This document shows positions 39,620 to 53,848 of a DNA stretch of 64,000 nt, one piece after another. Position numbers and translations under genes: made by a program. Positions within the stretch are counted from its first letter, which is position 1. Each line of letters opens with the position of its first letter. The notes under the pieces were generated by a model. It saw only the letters and a program-made list of their open reading frames with translations, searched no databases and was not told the DNA's origin. This DNA is from Octopus sinensis (Eukaryota): contig NC_042997.1 in the NCBI RefSeq assembly GCF_006345805.1, forward strand, positions 5,828,001 to 5,892,000, written 5' to 3'.

Positions 39620-39960
39620 AAATGGGATAAGTAACGCAAAGCACGACGCTTCATGACTTGCCGGCTGTCTATCTACTCCTCATTTTGAGCATTGAATGAC
39701 AATATGAGGCTTCAAAGACACTTGCTCCCATAAGCACCAAAATTAAATTTTGAATTTGTGGAGGGTCAAAAAGAGGACGGTGAAGACATACAAGGAAACC
39801 GAATGAAAACAACCATGGTGGGTCGTTAGACAAGAATGAGGGTAAAATAGCGAGTGATGGAGAAATATTTCATTTGCAAAGAGAAAAAGATAGTAGAGAG
39901 AGACAGAATACGTCCAGTCCTTCAGACAGTACTGGAGGACAATAAAGTTGATCACGTAAG
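39620..39960 (+). mobile_element. Decayed RTE-like LINE 3' end
   Basis: ggagggtcaaaaagaggacggtgaagacatacaagg resembles the RTE C-terminal GGQ.KR.KD segment, followed by an E.R....EKR-like stretch. Confidence 0.4.
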
Positions 39961-40379
39961 GACAAGAAAGAAGAACGATGGCCACGTGTGAGCAAAGTGA
40001 GAGTGAGACAGATAGAAAGCGGTGAAGGGGAGAAAATTATGGCGGAGAAAACAGTATAGAATATATAGAAAGCAGTATGTATATATATGTGAGTGTGTGT
40101 GTGTGTGTGTATGTATTCAGACATGTGCAAAAATGGGCAAACAGTAAGTACACAGTAATTATCAACGGTATAATATTTAATCCATTAACATTTTTATCAC
40201 ATTAAATTAGTTGGCTTCATTTTTGATATTTTCAGTGTCGTTAATCACAATAATGCATTTATCATAAGTATAATAATACTTTTATCATCAGTTTTCGTTT
40301 TATCATTCTCCGAAATTATTTTACCTGTTTACTTATTTCATAACTGTGTACCAGCTTCTGCACTACCGTATACATACGT

Positions 40380-40392
40380 ATATATACATACA

Positions 40393-40486
<94 letters not shown>

Positions 40487-40642
40487 ATATGATATATATA
40501 TATATATATACATATATATATAATATATATATATGTATATATATATACATATATACATATATATATACATATATATATATATACATATATATATACATAT
40601 AATATATATATTATATATACATATATATATATATCTATATAC

Positions 40643-40674
<32 letters not shown>

Positions 40675-40677
40675 TAC

Positions 40678-40768
<91 letters not shown>

Positions 40769-40800
40769 ATGTATATATACATATATATGTATGTATGTAT
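40380..40800. repeat. (TACA)n then imperfect (TA)n microsatellite
   Basis: Direct reading. Confidence 0.97.
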
Positions 40801-42657
40801 ATCTACACATTGTGCTGCGTGTGTTTTTCTGAGGTGTTCAGTTGTTTGAACAAACGTTAAGAAGTAGCACTCAACGAATTCGGTAAGCATGTATTTAGCA
40901 CCTTCTTATAAGATGCTACCAGCACCACCACACTCACACAGAAACACACACACATATTCTGCGTAACTTATACAGGATAATTCACTCCTATGTAAACTGC
41001 ACAATGTTCTTATGCAAATTTCATAGATGGTCTTAGATAACATCACAACATTGTATATAGGATTTGAAATGATTATATCCATTCTAGAATTATCCATTTT
41101 CAGAATAATATACATGTATACACCTACAGAATGTGACCTTACTTAATAGTTTCCAGTTTCCGAAGCCATTTTTGAAACGATGCTCTAAATTACGCAAATC
41201 TGTTCATAGAAATCGTTCATTACGCTTCTTATTGTCTTGAGAAACCAAATATCACTACGTATGTGTCCAGTTCAAATACGTCACCAATCATCTTAATAGG
41301 ATATTTTATATGGGCGTTCATAGCCTTCTTGCTAGAAAATATTGCATATGAGTATTATAATAGAGGCAAATTTATTGAGGGTAAATACTATAAGTTGCAA
41401 AGATAAATTGAACTCAGTTAAGTGTTTGACTCAAACAAACATGTTAGCTAAAATTTGCTATTTTCAATGTTTGGAAGCTTCTATTTTGTGTTGGGAACTG
41501 TATTCTAAATTATTTGAAAATTGATTTATGTATCATAATATTTTCTTTTAAGAAACATGTTAAATTTGCTTTCAATGAATTTACAAATATTTATTTAAAT
41601 AGTGTTTTTTTTTCTTCTGAATTTGCTACCAATACGCAGCGTAGATTCAATATTTCATGATATCGTGATATAAACGTTTAAAATAGCATGTAAACATTTT
41701 TCAAAATTTCTACATTTGTACTACGTTTTTAACAACTCTCTGAAAAAAGTCACAATAAATGATAGATGAATTTGAAATAATAAAAAAAAATAATATTTGG
41801 AAAATATACAAAGGGAGTTAGTGAGTATTTGAGAGACGAGTTGTGAATGAGAATTGTAAGCAAGTGTAAAAATAAAATTGAATTAGGAATCAAAAACTAA
41901 GATGATTATCCAAATAGATAAAAGTACAAATGAAAATCACAAATATTCAAATCGAATTTCAATACGCGAACAAACAAATAAATAAATATGTATTCCACTA
42001 ATCAAATAGATAAAACAATAATCAAATTAACATTGATATAGCATTCTTGAGTAGAATTGCTAATGAAGAAATAACACGGTTCTGTAGTCATTTACTTATT
42101 ATTTTAATTCCCATTCTTTGTTAAATTTTCAATTGTACAATTTCTATTTGTTCAATTATTCTATCCATGTGGCTTAAAAAACATTGCAAAGAGAAACCGT
42201 ATAAAAAACTGAAAAACAAACCAACAAGCCAAAAACCTCCTAAATACGAACTGGAAAAATATTCAATATCAAGAAAACAAAGTATAAAAGTGATATAAAC
42301 AAAACAACAGAAATTCTTTTAACATGATTAAAGAATTTTTATTATTTTTATTTAAGAAATTTCAAGGCTTAATAGACATTTTTTAATACATTCTTTTCAT
42401 AGGTTGTAAAACATAAAACATTATTAATGTTGTTGCTGTCTTTATTATTATTATTGTCGTTCTAGCGACATTCTTTTGGTTCTTTAAACACTGAGTTCTA
42501 ATATGGCCACGCTCACTTCTACTGTTTATATTGCCGGGATCTATAAATTAAAGTAGCCACTAAGATACTTCGATCAATGAAATCGTCTAATGCGTTCTCT
42601 CTAAAATTGTTTGTCTTGTAGCAGAATTTAAACGATAATTATTACTATTATTATTAT

Positions 42658-43000
42658 TGAGCAAGAGAGCAGTACATGCCATGAAAGTGACACTGGGGTA
42701 AGATATACGAAGCCTGGTATACCCATCATGACTACCGATCTGATAAGGGTACACCAGGCACATGCATCACAACCATATGTGGGTGACATGGTGATCTCAT
42801 ATCAAGATAAGCAGCACATGACCTTGCAGGTTGGACCCTGTTAGAATTTCCTTCTGGTCCAGTAACCCATTCCGCTCAAAATGTCCCTGAATATGGGTTG
42901 TTTAAGGATGTTGAACGAAACACCCATGTTTCCAGAGGTGAATCATTCAAACCACCAAAATCCCCCCTCAACACGTGACTATGATGCCCCCCCCCCTACC
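42658..43000 (-). mobile_element. Interspersed repeat X (SINE or LINE 3' UTR) with (AAT)n tail
   Basis: Reverse-complement homolog of 49904-50378 (e.g. catggtgatctcatatcaagataa against ttatcttgatatgagatctc). Confidence 0.85.
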
Positions 43001-43059
43001 AATGCTTAGATATTATTCCTCTCATCAGCATTCACATCAGGGAGAGGAAGGTGATACGC

Positions 43060-43650
43060 TGATAATTATTCACTGCATTGCCTTTAGTGGAATCCTTTTG
43101 GGAACGAAATATTTTACTTGTCAGCCACTCTGGAAATTTCGCTCAATTGTTGATAATTTTATCTATTTGTATGACTATTTTTCTTTGTTGTGCTGGGAAA
43201 CGTTTCAGCCAATTTACTTAACCCTCATCCGAGCCACAGCATTTCCATTTTGGGATCTTTGTCATATGTTCGGACACCATCTCAGTCGTTCTTCTAATAG
43301 TTATTCCGTGTCACTTCATGTTTCCGCTCTTAATTCCTCCAACTATTTAGCATTTTTGTTATACTTGCTTTCATTAACACAGATGTTTTTCCAAACTCTT
43401 CTAATTTCTTCGATGTCAGGTCTCTCACTGCTGTTATCGTCTCCATTCAGCTGTTGATAAATACTTCTTTTTGTTCATGTTGTTGGAACAATCTTTTGAT
43501 TTCATATTGTTCAATATTTTGGTCATATCTCTTACTCATTGTCACTTTAGGCTGCAATCTTTGTTTCAGCTCTTCAAGAACTGTTTTTAACCCACACTTT
43601 TTTAACCTCTCTTCTAGTTCCTGATATTTCTCTTTTTTTCTTTCTTTCTG
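43060..43650 (-). mobile_element. R4/Dong-clade ORF fragment upstream of RT
   Basis: Minus strand GLKTVLEELKQRLQPK...KRYDQNIEQY...FPEWLTSK...QKDSTKGNAVNN. Bordered by (ATC)n at 43658-43742. Confidence 0.8.
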
Positions 43651-43658
43651 AGGTGTTT

Positions 43659-43694
<36 letters not shown>

Positions 43695-44944
43695 GTCATC
43701 GTCATCATCATCGTCATCGTCACCATCATCATCATCATCATTATTTTTATTATCATTCTTGTTGTTATTGTTCTCCGTTGCAAGCGCTTGGCTTCGCTTC
43801 GTAAATAATCAGCTGTTTTATTGGAAACGTTCTGCTTTTATTGTTTATTTTTTGTGGACAAACATTTAAATAAGATCACCTACATCGATGTTTGAAGAGA
43901 GAAGAGTAAATATGGGTTCTAAGAGGCGACTCTCACGATAATATAAATTAATTACCAGAGCATCAAAAACAGCAGCAGCTATAATACGAATAATGTAATG
44001 ATATTATTTGAAATGAGCGTGATTAGCTGAATCAGCACGTGCTTAATAATAGTATAGAATTTCACAAAAGGTAAAATTGTACAATGTGCATAGGTGTAGG
44101 ACATATACAAATAATAAAGAAAATCAAGATTATGGCATGAGTATTATGATTTTGATGATATCAGAAGCACTGAGATGTTTTTAGTTAAAACGTATGTATG
44201 TTGCCTTAATGCAGTTGACATTAGTTTTATACACTGTGCAATTATAGTTTCTTTTCTGTCTCCTAGTACTGCGAATCAATGAGCCCGATCTGTCATTCGA
44301 CTACAATGTGCTTGATAAGGCACGTAATATTGTTATTGTTAAGTTATACATTTATACGTCGTATGTTCAAAGTTGAAGTATTTAACTATAACCTTTAGTT
44401 ATCTTGACAAATATATAAGGTGTAATCTGACTTTGTTCAGCATATAACATTGCAAAATCTAAGGAGTAATAAAATGAAGTATAAGATAAAGTGGATTATA
44501 TTTAGATGTTAATGAGAATAGATCATTAATGTATAGAAAGAATAGAATAGCAGATACAAGCAAACATTTCGCTACATGAGTTGTCAGAACAATTTGAAAA
44601 TATCCAATTCAACAAATTCTATTATTCCATCATCAGTTTTAGTCAGAGACTGTGGCCATGCTGTGGCAAAGCCATTAGCGCTAATGCTTGTTTATTTTAG
44701 ATTCACTTCCTGATCCTGTCTCCGGAATCAGTACTCTAAAGTAGTGTTGGATAGAGCTACAATTGTTTGCATTTGTTGCTGTGATTTGGATTCACATGAT
44801 AGAAAAGATAAAATTTATGTTCTTTGAACACATCTACACCACCTTATATCTCTGAGACCTTGTGGAAAGTCAGTGAAAAGTTGCAGGCCATTGAAATATT
44901 AAGCTGTTACAGTATTACTGTTTTTTTTTTTATGAGAAAGGTCA

Positions 44945-46350
44945 GAACTATTGGTACTACACAGTGGCGAACAGTCCGGTGATTGGAACGGTTTTCAATC
45001 TGCATGTTGGGTATTAGACCTTCCAACATATTCTATATCAATGCATATCTTTCGCGTTTGCTCTCATCTCCCACTAATATATTTGTTACTCCGATGTAAC
45101 CTACTTGACGTAGTGGTTTGCCTCAAATTCTGCTATTAACTTTACGGAACAGTGAGCTTCCTTTTCTGCATTCTGAATTACCTTACACTCCAATCAGCAA
45201 TCATCTGCACATTGTTGCCATCTTGGTAATACGCACACTGGACGATGCAACGCCTTTTATTTTAATTCTCTGGTCACGCACTTAGTCTGATATTGTGACT
45301 TTGGTATCTGTCTTGTCTTGCTTATTCTGGACGGTAATTCCATAATGAATGAATGTCGAAGTGTTTGAAACTTGTCAGTACTGAACTGGATATTGTTTTA
45401 TCTTCAGTCAACTTGTATATCACATCCAAATCTAGTAGCTTTCAGGTATGCTTAGGGTCCTTGACAGTTTGTGATAGTAGGTAATTCTAGCACAGCTAGT
45501 GGGAGTAACTGTTACACAGCACACACTCAACACTAAAACCGTCTGGATATTTTTGTGGTGGTGGGGTTCACTAAAAATATCACTGATGGGATGTTTAAGA
45601 GTACTAGCACTACAGTAAATCTGCAATTAGTGAATCGTTCTCTTCATACTGTGTCCCTGTCTTGCTTCCCATCGAAATAAACCCATTCGTCAATATGTAA
45701 AAAACCTCAGAGTTAGTTTGGTTTTATATTTTCAACTGTTTCGGTTACTTTTTGCTTGTGTTTATTTTTCTTAATAAAATCAGATTGTGATTTTGATGTC
45801 TGAAAGTGCTACGTGTGGTAGAACTTTCCGTTGTCATTAATTTCATTTATTTCAGCAATGTGAGACCTATATTCTTCGTCTCATAAGAACTCTCTTAACC
45901 TGGAGATAATTCTTTTTGCGCGTATTGGCTTTTGTCTCAGGGACAGATGATGAAGACAGAAAGTATAAATGCGCTTTTATATTGGCAGCTTAATTTACAG
46001 TTATCTTCGGGCTATCAATGTCTGCATTGCTATTTGATTTGAGTGAGACATGCCTGATATTTTTGAAGATGTCCAGCGGCTATATAATTGTCCCATTATT
46101 ACCTGGTAGATATTTTGCCTAGTAGACAGACTGGAAATATTTGCTGGTGTTAACAATAAATACAGTTCTTTTATATCGATCGGGACGAACTGTTACTATA
46201 TTCAAGAATTTTCTTTCTCCAATTATCCAATTATTCTGGCTGCAAAATTCCAGAAGTAGCTATAGTTTCTTTAATCGTTAATTGTACTTTGATTTGGGGA
46301 TTGATTCGGAAATATTGTACTAGAGATTGGAAGCAATACAAATAATTTGC
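44945..46350 (-). mobile_element. Decayed CR1/L2-like LINE
   Basis: Minus strand LDLDVIYKLTED..QFSTDKFQTLR and LEGLIPNMQIENRSNHRTVRHCVVP resemble the CR1-group RT C-terminal region. Confidence 0.65.
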
Positions 46351-46706
46351 TCCCGGTGTGCTATCCCTTGATAAGCTACTCGAAATCCATGTTCACCACT
46401 GATATTTATGACACTTCTTTCTTCTCATATACATATATATAAATACTACGAACAATTTGACATTTACTTTAAGCGATTGCAACTATAATTGTTGCTATTA
46501 ACCTATTTAAGTACTACCATAAATTACAACCAAGTTAGTCGCTACAGCAACTTAATTAGTTTCAATATATTTATGAAGTGATTAAACAGTACTTATAATA
46601 TTAATGAATGTTGATATAATTACGCAACACAGAAATTAACATATTCATCTACAGAGTAACGAAAATTAAAACACATATTACGCAGTTATCTTCACGAGTA
46701 AACCCG

Positions 46707-46707
<1 letters not shown>

Positions 46708-46743
<36 letters not shown>

Positions 46744-46773
46744 TAATATAATAATAATAATAATAATAATAAT
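46708..46773. repeat. (TAA)n microsatellite
   Basis: Direct reading; 5' flank of an R4/Dong copy. Confidence 0.97.
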
Positions 46774-48606
46774 GATAACGGGTAAGAGCAAACGGACAGA
46801 TAATCGAAGAGGAACGAAGAATCAATTACTAATCGATAACACTAAGCTGGCTGATAGCAAGATGGCACGGGAGGACTACAGGAAAGCACATGACATGGTC
46901 CCACACTCATCAATTATTGAATGCTTTAAACTGTTTATGGTCTTGCACAATATCCTGAAGCTGTTACAAAAAGCTGGGAGAGATAAATATCAAAAGAGGA
47001 ATCTTTCAAGGGGACATTCTGTCGCCTCTCCTTTTTGTTGTCTTCGTACTGCAACTAACGAGCGTTTTAAGAAAGATGTGTGTAGGGTACATGCTAGGCA
47101 GGGTGAAATTAAACCTGTGGTTTATTCGCTAAGACTGAGAAAGTCATTGAGAGTTTGACAGCAACTGTGCAGATGATTACAAATACATAGGGATGGAGTT
47201 TGGGATAGAGGAATGTGGTGTACTGATTTTCAAAAGTGGAAAATCAGTAACAGCCATGGCACGATGCTGGAAAATGGCGAAACTATAAATGAAGTCGGAG
47301 AGGAAGGATATAAGTACTTGGATAGCATTGAAAGAGATAAGACGAATGTAGAGGAAAGGGTATTTGAGAAGAACTCGGTTTGTGCTCCAAACGGAGCTAA
47401 ATGGCCGCTATAACATTAGAGCAAATAACACGAGGGCGGTTTCTTTGATGAGGTATGGGGTAGGAATAGTATCTTGGAAGAAGCATGAATTACAAGAGAC
47501 AGACCGGAAACCATGTAAATTACTGACAATGAACAAGGAAATACATCCCAAGAGTGATATGTCAAGATTGTATGTAAAGAGGAGGGAAGGAGGATGGGGA
47601 TTGGTGAGTCTTGAAGGTTGTGTAAGGGAAGAGGAGAATAGCCTGGCTTTGAACGTCACGGGGAAAAAATAAGAGATGATTGAAGCAGTGAAAATGCAGG
47701 GAACTTAAAAGTGTACGAAGCCGTAGATAACGTACAATTTGTGAAAGACCGGAGAGAACAGATGAAAAAAAATTAGCAGGATAAGAAAATGCAGTCAGTT
47801 CTTGAAGAATAAAGATGAGCTTGATTGGGATAGAAACTGGCAATGTCTGCAGAAAAGAAACTTAAACGGCCCACTGATGCATTAGTATTCACAGGAACAA
47901 GCTCTCAGAACAAAATACACTATATATCAATTTCATTAAAAGCACTGACTGGCCACACTGTAGGATGTGTTGTGAGAAGGGAGAATGTATAAGCCATATT
48001 CTAGTGAGCGCTGTGAGCTCATACAGCGCTAATATAAATGGAGACACGGTAATGTGGCCAGTAACGTCCAACGGCTGTAGTTCAGTAAGGCAAGCCTCCA
48101 GAGAAACGAACAATTGTATGAACACATGCTAGAGGGAGTAATATAAATCGAACGTTACGAAATACTCTGGGATTTTAACATGCCGTGCGACCAAGTTATA
48201 TAGGCGAAGTGACCGAATATCGTCCTCATAAAGATGAAAAGGAAGTAATGATAATAAATGTTGCAATACCTGGAGATTCGAGAATAAAATGTAAGGAAAC
48301 AGAAACGATTGAGAAATACCAGCCCCTGCGTGACGAGATAAGAAATTATTGGGCATGAGGACAATTATGGAACATTAGAAGCAGCTTCCAAGAGCTTTAA
48401 AACGCATATTAAGAATAGTGGAGCTAATGTCATGTTCGACGCTATCTAGAAGACAACATTGTTGGGTACAGCTTGTATTCTAAGGAAGGCATTACCTCTT
48501 TGAATCACAGGAAAAATCACTACTTGAAACCTTTGGTGATTTGTAGCTGCCTCCTTTCAAATAAAGATTAATCGGTAATTAAGAACTATCCGGAATTCTT
48601 TCATTG
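46774..48606 (+). mobile_element. R4/Dong-clade non-LTR retrotransposon, 5'-truncated, decayed
   Basis: RGTKNQLLIDN...DYRKAHDMVPHS, IHPKSDMSRLYVKRREGGWGLVSLE, C..C...GE...HI, ILWDF, IPGDSR...KETETIEKYQPL, KTTLLGTA.ILRK. Ends in TAA at 48607-48629. Confidence 0.9.
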
Positions 48607-48630
48607 TAATAATAGTAATGATAATAATAT

Positions 48631-49800
48631 TGGATTGAAATCTGAATGCCAGAAACATAATTTCGACAAAGACCTCGTGCGCAGTCGCAGAAGTTCGGTA
48701 TGGCACTAGAATCCTGTAGCGGACTGAGGAGAAGCTAAAGGGTTGGGCAGGAAGTCAACAGAGTTCCTAAGGATGCATAGAGCCCATCATCCCCATGCAG
48801 ACACTGACCGCCTTTATATAAAGAGGGGAAATAGTGACTGATGTGCGTAGAAAATTGCTTATCGAACTCGAGAGCTTAATGAGATACCGAGCCCAAAGTA
48901 AGGAACACTTGCTAATGACACTTATGAATGATGAAGTATTGACAGCTGAGTTAAATGGCAAGTAGTACAAAAAAGGACATTAAGAAGAATTATGTTAGAA
49001 GAAGGGACTACACAGTCAAATCCAAGTGCCCACAAAAGAAGTTGCTGGAAAAGATAGATGGAATTGGCTGATGAAAAGAACCCTAGAACCCTAAAAATAA
49101 AAAGAGACCGATAGCACTATACTGGCAGCGCAAGAACAAGCTTTGGCCACGAATTGGAGGGTGAACCTTAGGAATGAACTAAAGTCGCTGCTGTGCTGCA
49201 TCTGCAATAGAGTGGATTAAACTATTGCCCATATGACGAACGAAATACCTGGTCTTGCCCAACATTACTACAAGTTGAGGCGACACAACCAGGTAGCGAA
49301 TGTGCTCCATTGGAAGTGCAAAAAGTGGGGACTAGGGAAAGGCGAGACATGGTATGAGCACAAAACGCAGAGAATGGTGGAATCGAAGACTAGAAATATT
49401 CTCTGGGATTTTCCAATCCAAACAGATCATGTGTTGGTGCATAACAGACCTGGCCAACGGCTGGTGGACAAGGTGCACCACATATAGTTGATTTTGCAAG
49501 TGTTTTTGACCCACGAATAGTCAAGAAACAAGGCGAAAAGATAGACAGATACAATCATCTTAAATACGAAAGAGCTCGGCAATGGAAAATGAAGATCAAG
49601 TTAGTGCCAATTATTGTTAGGTCTTTTGGAACAATATCAGAATACATCAACAGAAAATTAAAATAGAGTGGCCAGTAGCACTGTTATAAAAGTTTCGCCT
49701 CCGTGGCACGGACAGGATAATAAGGAAGGTATTGTATAGTTGAAAAAAACCAATAACATGCAAAACCCCAGGAGCTTCAGCAAAACCCATGATAAAGAGA
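48631..49800 (+). mobile_element. R4/Dong-clade element, second subfamily, 5'-truncated
   Basis: LAQHYYKLRRHNQVANVLHWKCKKWGL...WYEHK...ILWDFPIQTDHVLVHNRP. 3' UTR ccaggagcttcagcaaaacccatgataaagag matches the 20750 copy. Confidence 0.88.
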
Positions 49801-49903
49801 AAATATTAATAATACTAATATTAATACTAATAATGATGATGATTATGATGACGATGATAATAATACCAGACACTATCTCTCATGGTTTCTGATATTATGT
49901 GAA

Positions 49904-50378
49904 ATGTTTTGTCTCGGTATATTAAAAATTGGGCTACAGCAGATATTCTGCGCAATAGAGCAGATTTGCTTATCAGTTTTTTGGCATTGACCAGTTGAGC
50001 ATGTCCCTTAGTGGCTGACGATATGTGCATATCTGATTATGTGCAGAGTATCATAGCCATGTGTTTAGAGGAACTGTTTGGCGTTTGAATAAGTCACACC
50101 TGGAAACGTGTTTTTTCTTGTTCAAAAACCTTAAAGATCCCATATTCAAGGACCGTTTGACCGGAGTAGGCACCTCAATATGAATAACATCCTAAGCGGG
50201 CCCCACCTGCAAGATCATTGGCTGTTTATCTTGATATGAGATCTCCCCGTCGTGCACATAAGATTGTGATGCTTGTGCCTGGTGTACCCTTTTCTGACGG
50301 GTAGTCATGTAGGGCATATTGCGCCTCGTATATTTTATCACAGTGTCACTTTGATGGTATGCGCGGCTCTCTCACTCA
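49904..50378 (+). mobile_element. Interspersed repeat X with (AAT)n tail
   Basis: Homologous and inverted relative to 42658-43000. Confidence 0.85.
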
Positions 50379-50397
50379 GTAGTAATAATGATAATAA

Positions 50398-50610
50398 TTA
50401 TTTCTATTATAGGCAGAATGCCTGAAATTTGGTGGTTGGGGATAGTCTATTACATCAACCCAGTAGTCAACTGGTACTTAATTTATCGACCCCGCGAGGA
50501 TGAAGTGTGAAGTCGACCTAGGTGCAATTTGAAATCAGAATGTAGCGACGGGCGAAGTACCGCTAAGCTTTTCGTCTAGTGTGCTAATGATTCTGCCAGC
50601 TCATTGCCGT
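50398..50610 (-). mobile_element. SINE family B copy
   Basis: ctggtacttaatttatcgaccccg...gattctgccagctc is the reverse complement of the 18651 and 36145 copies. Followed by (TAA)n at 50611-50760. Confidence 0.85.
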
Positions 50611-50635
50611 AATAATAATAATAATAATAATAATA

Positions 50636-50710
<75 letters not shown>

Positions 50711-51329
50711 TAATAATAATAATAATAATAGTAATAATAATAATAATAGTAATAATAATATAGACACATAATAATGCAGAGGTGATATAGATCATGGCAA
50801 ATCAACTAGGAAGCACTTCTGTGTAACTTTAGCTATAGAGACTTCTCGGAAAATTTCTAACGGGTACATATAATGTGGTGTAATATTTAGTAAAGAAATG
50901 CGAATGAACATTTTAAAACATTACGATACGCTTTTTTGTAGCATGGTTCATTTCAGATTCAAGTACATTACATAATTCATGATGTTACATTATGTAACTT
51001 TGTACTGGTATCTCCCAGCCATTTTAGCATGTGATATCTTCTTAAGTGTATAACAAAAATATTAAAATATACATGGTTGTAGATGATATTTGTCATGAAT
51101 GCAATGCAATAAGATAATGAGCATAAGAGGAAAATATTATATTACCTAATCAATTGTAGAGATTCAGAACGCATTTAGATTAGAATGTGGTAGATTAGTA
51201 TGTCATTTGTATGTTTATTGCTTAAACTATAATCTAAGCATATAGAATATGCCGCTTTGCGACACCGACATTGTGTAAATAATGGATGCGTTCTATGTCG
51301 GTGAAAAGTCAGTTTTTGATATTATTGTC

Positions 51330-53050
51330 CTGTCAGGACCGAGTGCTGTTCTTTGAAGAAAATATTATGTTTTATTGTTGGTGATTAACAGCTTATTAAC
51401 TGCGTAACAAACTCTATTAGCTGTAGGTTCTAAAACAAATATTGACTATAACCTGCTGACCATTTCCATTCTAGGACTATTTTCTATTTCTCTGCTCCAT
51501 TTAGAATTGAGCTGTTTGGTTGCTCGTTTTTAACATTCTTTTCCAATAAACGTCAGTATCTGAAATTGTTTGAAGATAAATTGTAACCACTCTACTCAAG
51601 CATGACCATATTCTAATCTAGTGAGTTGAGCTTTACGATTGTGGTATACTTGGTACACTATCACCTAATCAAACAGCTGATAGATAACCATATGAATTTA
51701 CGTAATGTTACCTCATAAATCATGTAACTGAAACATATACAGCATTGATTTTAACTGCTTCTTCGTTTTCTTTACACACATACGCACACACACACACACA
51801 TATATATGTACATTTAGGAAACATTTTGAACGGTGAGTTGTCTGATAGCATGGTTGTGAAAGAGACTGCTTGTGTTATTCGTCAACCTTTAAATTTTAAG
51901 AAGTTCTTTAAGATATTTCTAGTCTCAGATATTGTACTCATTTGTAGTGTATGAATCCAGGTGCGCATTATCTGCCTAAGAACACAAGTTCCACCATAAT
52001 TTGCTGCGGACGGGTTGGTATCCTCTTGCTCCAGTCATAATTGGTAAGATGCTTACAGTGTGTCCTCATCAATGGTCCATATTTGTCATCTATTTCTTTT
52101 ATTTTTCTAATCAAATTGGCGTGCATATGGAAGCTGATTTTCACATATTGTCATTGAGGTCTCGTTACATATGGCTGATTGCGTTTTAACTTGGTGGCTG
52201 TTTTGATGATTTAGTTCCGCCAAAATTCGATGGACCCAGCAGTTTCAATATGGTCAATTTCGTATCTCCCTCCCTTCTTTTTTGTTAAAGACGGTTCAGA
52301 CCAATGCATTATGACTCGTGCAAAGATAATATCAGGAAGACATTATCTTGCTGTCGGTGATAATGCGGCTGATGTCTCCAGTCTTAGACATGTATTATAT
52401 ACATTTCTTGTTTGTCAGTGCTTTCTGTCTTTTATGATATATGTGTTTGCTGAGGTTGCCTTACTTTTGAATCGCCTGGAGGTTGTTTTCGAAATGGGTT
52501 GTCATAATTTTGTAGTTACGATCAATTCCTTCCGTGGTTTGCGAAGCTTTTTGTTTTTATTAGAAGCATCATCTTCGTTTTATTGGCAAATTCATAAAAA
52601 ATAAAAGAATCGTATCTATGTTTTAATTGTCATTGTTCTTATCAGCTCGTTAAGTTCAGCCTGATCCTCGGTACCTAAAACCCAAGGGCCGTTCTACTTC
52701 AATCATCATTAAAAAAGCAACATCCAAGATCTATGAAAACATATCGAGCGTGAAATAGCGAAGTCACTTCTTCAGCACTTGAGTTAATTGGAATTGCTAG
52801 AAAGAACACTGAAGCATGATTTATATTTGAAAAAGTGACGTTACATAAACTGCAACTATTATTTTAGCCTGCTCCAAGTTGTACCCGCAATATTTTGAGG
52901 CTGTTGTTGAATACTTTAGACTATTTTCAGAGGTGCCATGTTGTTTGATAAATAACGAGAAACAATGCTTTGCGTGATGCCAACGTATTGATTTCGCAAC
53001 CAAAAGTTCGGTTTCGTTATCAGCGTTAGTAGCTATTTGTCTCGGAAAGT
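51330..53050 (-). mobile_element. Decayed RTE-like LINE (APE and RT remnants)
   Basis: Weak minus-strand remnants in the expected order: W.HP.SKHW-like (SIRWHHAKH), G.ISLLS...KI.ARVI-like and DTDVYWK...QLRW-like. Confidence 0.5.
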
Positions 53051-53848
53051 ATCAAATGCTAATGTTTAGTCTTTCAACAGAAATTTTATGAACATTTAGT
53101 AATACCACAGGTCCTGATGGAATAATTATTTAACATCGGTGGTGATGTTTATATCTTGGTATGCGCTGATACAAAAATAAAAGCAATTATACTCTCATAC
53201 TGATTCTCTCTTCAGGTTTTGCAGCTTACTTTCAAAATTTGCGTATGTAATGGCGTTAGAAATGACAAGAGTGTCAGCACTCTTTGTTTATTCCTTATCA
53301 CTCAATAATATAACTATTTTGACTTTTCTCAAAAATGACCAAAATTAAATTAATAACAAATGGCGTAATTATTTAACAGAAAACACAGACACTTGGTTAC
53401 GAGAAGAAACGATCCCATTACAAGTACGTTATTATTAGTTATACCATACTCATCGCCCCTTGGAAAAATGTTTTCTGGCATGGCGATAATTACTTAACCA
53501 TAGCCTAAAAGAGTGTGAGTTTAATATCATAAACAATAACTCTGTTGTAAAACGTAAAACCGATTGTTATATTCTGTATGATGTCAGTTTACTATCAACT
53601 ATTTTTTGATGGCATTATTTTTCTAATGAACCTGTTTGTTACCATTTTCTCGGTTTACATAATATAAAGAGGATGTAATGTGAGTCGAGGGAAATTTGGT
53701 TAATACTTTTTATACATTGAGCCAACTTCTACTAGCTTTTCCCTAATTCCATGCTCTTCATGATTTTCCTTTTCATCAATTAGAAATAATATATAAGTAA
53801 ACACAAATCTTGACAACGTTCTATTGCTGCATTCTGTTAACGGCAGAA

